Shown piece after piece: positions 63,501 through 64,000 of a stretch of DNA of 64,000 nt (positions within the stretch are counted from its first letter, which is position 1; the number at the start of each line of letters is the position of its first letter). The notes under the pieces are model-generated. The model had not been told where the DNA came from. It searched no databases and was given only the letters and a program-made list of their open reading frames with translations. Origin of the DNA: an uncultured Gammaproteobacteria bacterium. GTDB taxonomy: Bacteria > Pseudomonadota > Gammaproteobacteria > Xanthomonadales > Rhodanobacteraceae. The position numbers were made by a program, and so were the translations under genes. The DNA lies in contig CAVYSP010000004.1 of assembly GCA_963771235.1 (NCBI GenBank), forward strand, positions 89,621 through 153,620. Reading direction: 5' to 3'.

Positions 63501-64000
63501 GCCGCAACCGCTGCGCGATTCACCGATGGCGCGCAAGGCGACTCGCCAGCGCGCCGGCCATCGCCGACCTGCCGGCGCTGTTCGACAACGACTGCAGCAC
63601 CGAAGCCGCGCTGCCCGCGGCGTCGACCACGATCAGCTGGCACTTCGCGCAGCCGCGCCGGGTCGCGCATGCTCACGCTGACCTCCGGCGCCAGCGGCCG
63701 GCGCACCGTCGGACTGGCAACTGCAGGCCTCCGCCGACGGCAAGCACTGGCGCACGCTGGACACCCGCCGGCACGAGCGTTTCGCATGGCCGCGGCAGAC
63801 CCGCGCGTTCGCCGTGCACGCGCCCGGCGAGTACGCGTATTACCGGTTGCGCTTCGACGCGGCGACGGGTGCGTCGACGCGCGCACTCGCCGAAATCGAA
63901 CTGCTCGGCGCAGCGCTTCCGTACGCGGGGTCGTGCGGCGGCCGCGTCACGGGCGCGCCCTCGACCTGTTCAGACCGCCTCAACCGTTCGTCACGATCGC
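60523..64000 (+). CDS. GH92 alpha-1,2-mannosidase, many apparent frameshifts, runs to window end
   Basis: VDTRRGT, AVPHGFNFWTP, SHEPSPWMGD, WDTYRT, QYGHSNQPSHH, GYPGDEDNGEMSAW. Confidence 0.88.

Overview
Chromosomal origin region of a high-GC Xanthomonadales bacterium; gene order and REP type suggest Rhodanobacteraceae. The core is mnmE-yidC-rnpA-rpmH <> dnaA-oriC-dnaN-recF (two parS sites)-gyrB-TPR-tonB-exbB-exbD-exbD, then pdxJ, a 4'-PPTase and gltDB. Next is an acetate locus: crbS/crbR, DcaP-like porin, a CUT1-type ABC transporter, a divergent second Acs, a small ORF and the native acs. The rest is a radical SAM gene, PRC barrel, ABC1 kinase, S9 peptidase, fbp, a DJ-1/GST/WYL cluster, DUF885-like protein, an Xre-RES toxin-antitoxin pair, SGNH hydrolase, phhA/Lrp, acyltransferase, alpha/beta hydrolase and a GH92 mannosidase running off the window. 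Many genes, including essential ones, carry single-base frameshifts that look like assembly indels, so those boundaries are approximate. Best leads: (1) a CrbR-box-preceded porin + sugar-type ABC + foreign Acs module where ActP is usually found; (2) a two-gene AAA-ATPase / Schlafen(AlbA_2) islet downstream of mnmE; (3) a three-copy ~220-255 bp structured MITE-like element that sits on TGA stop codons; (4) a WYL-linked operon whose DJ-1 homologue lacks the catalytic Cys; (5) a Burkholderiales-looking gltBD. All family calls come from recognised motifs, not database searches.
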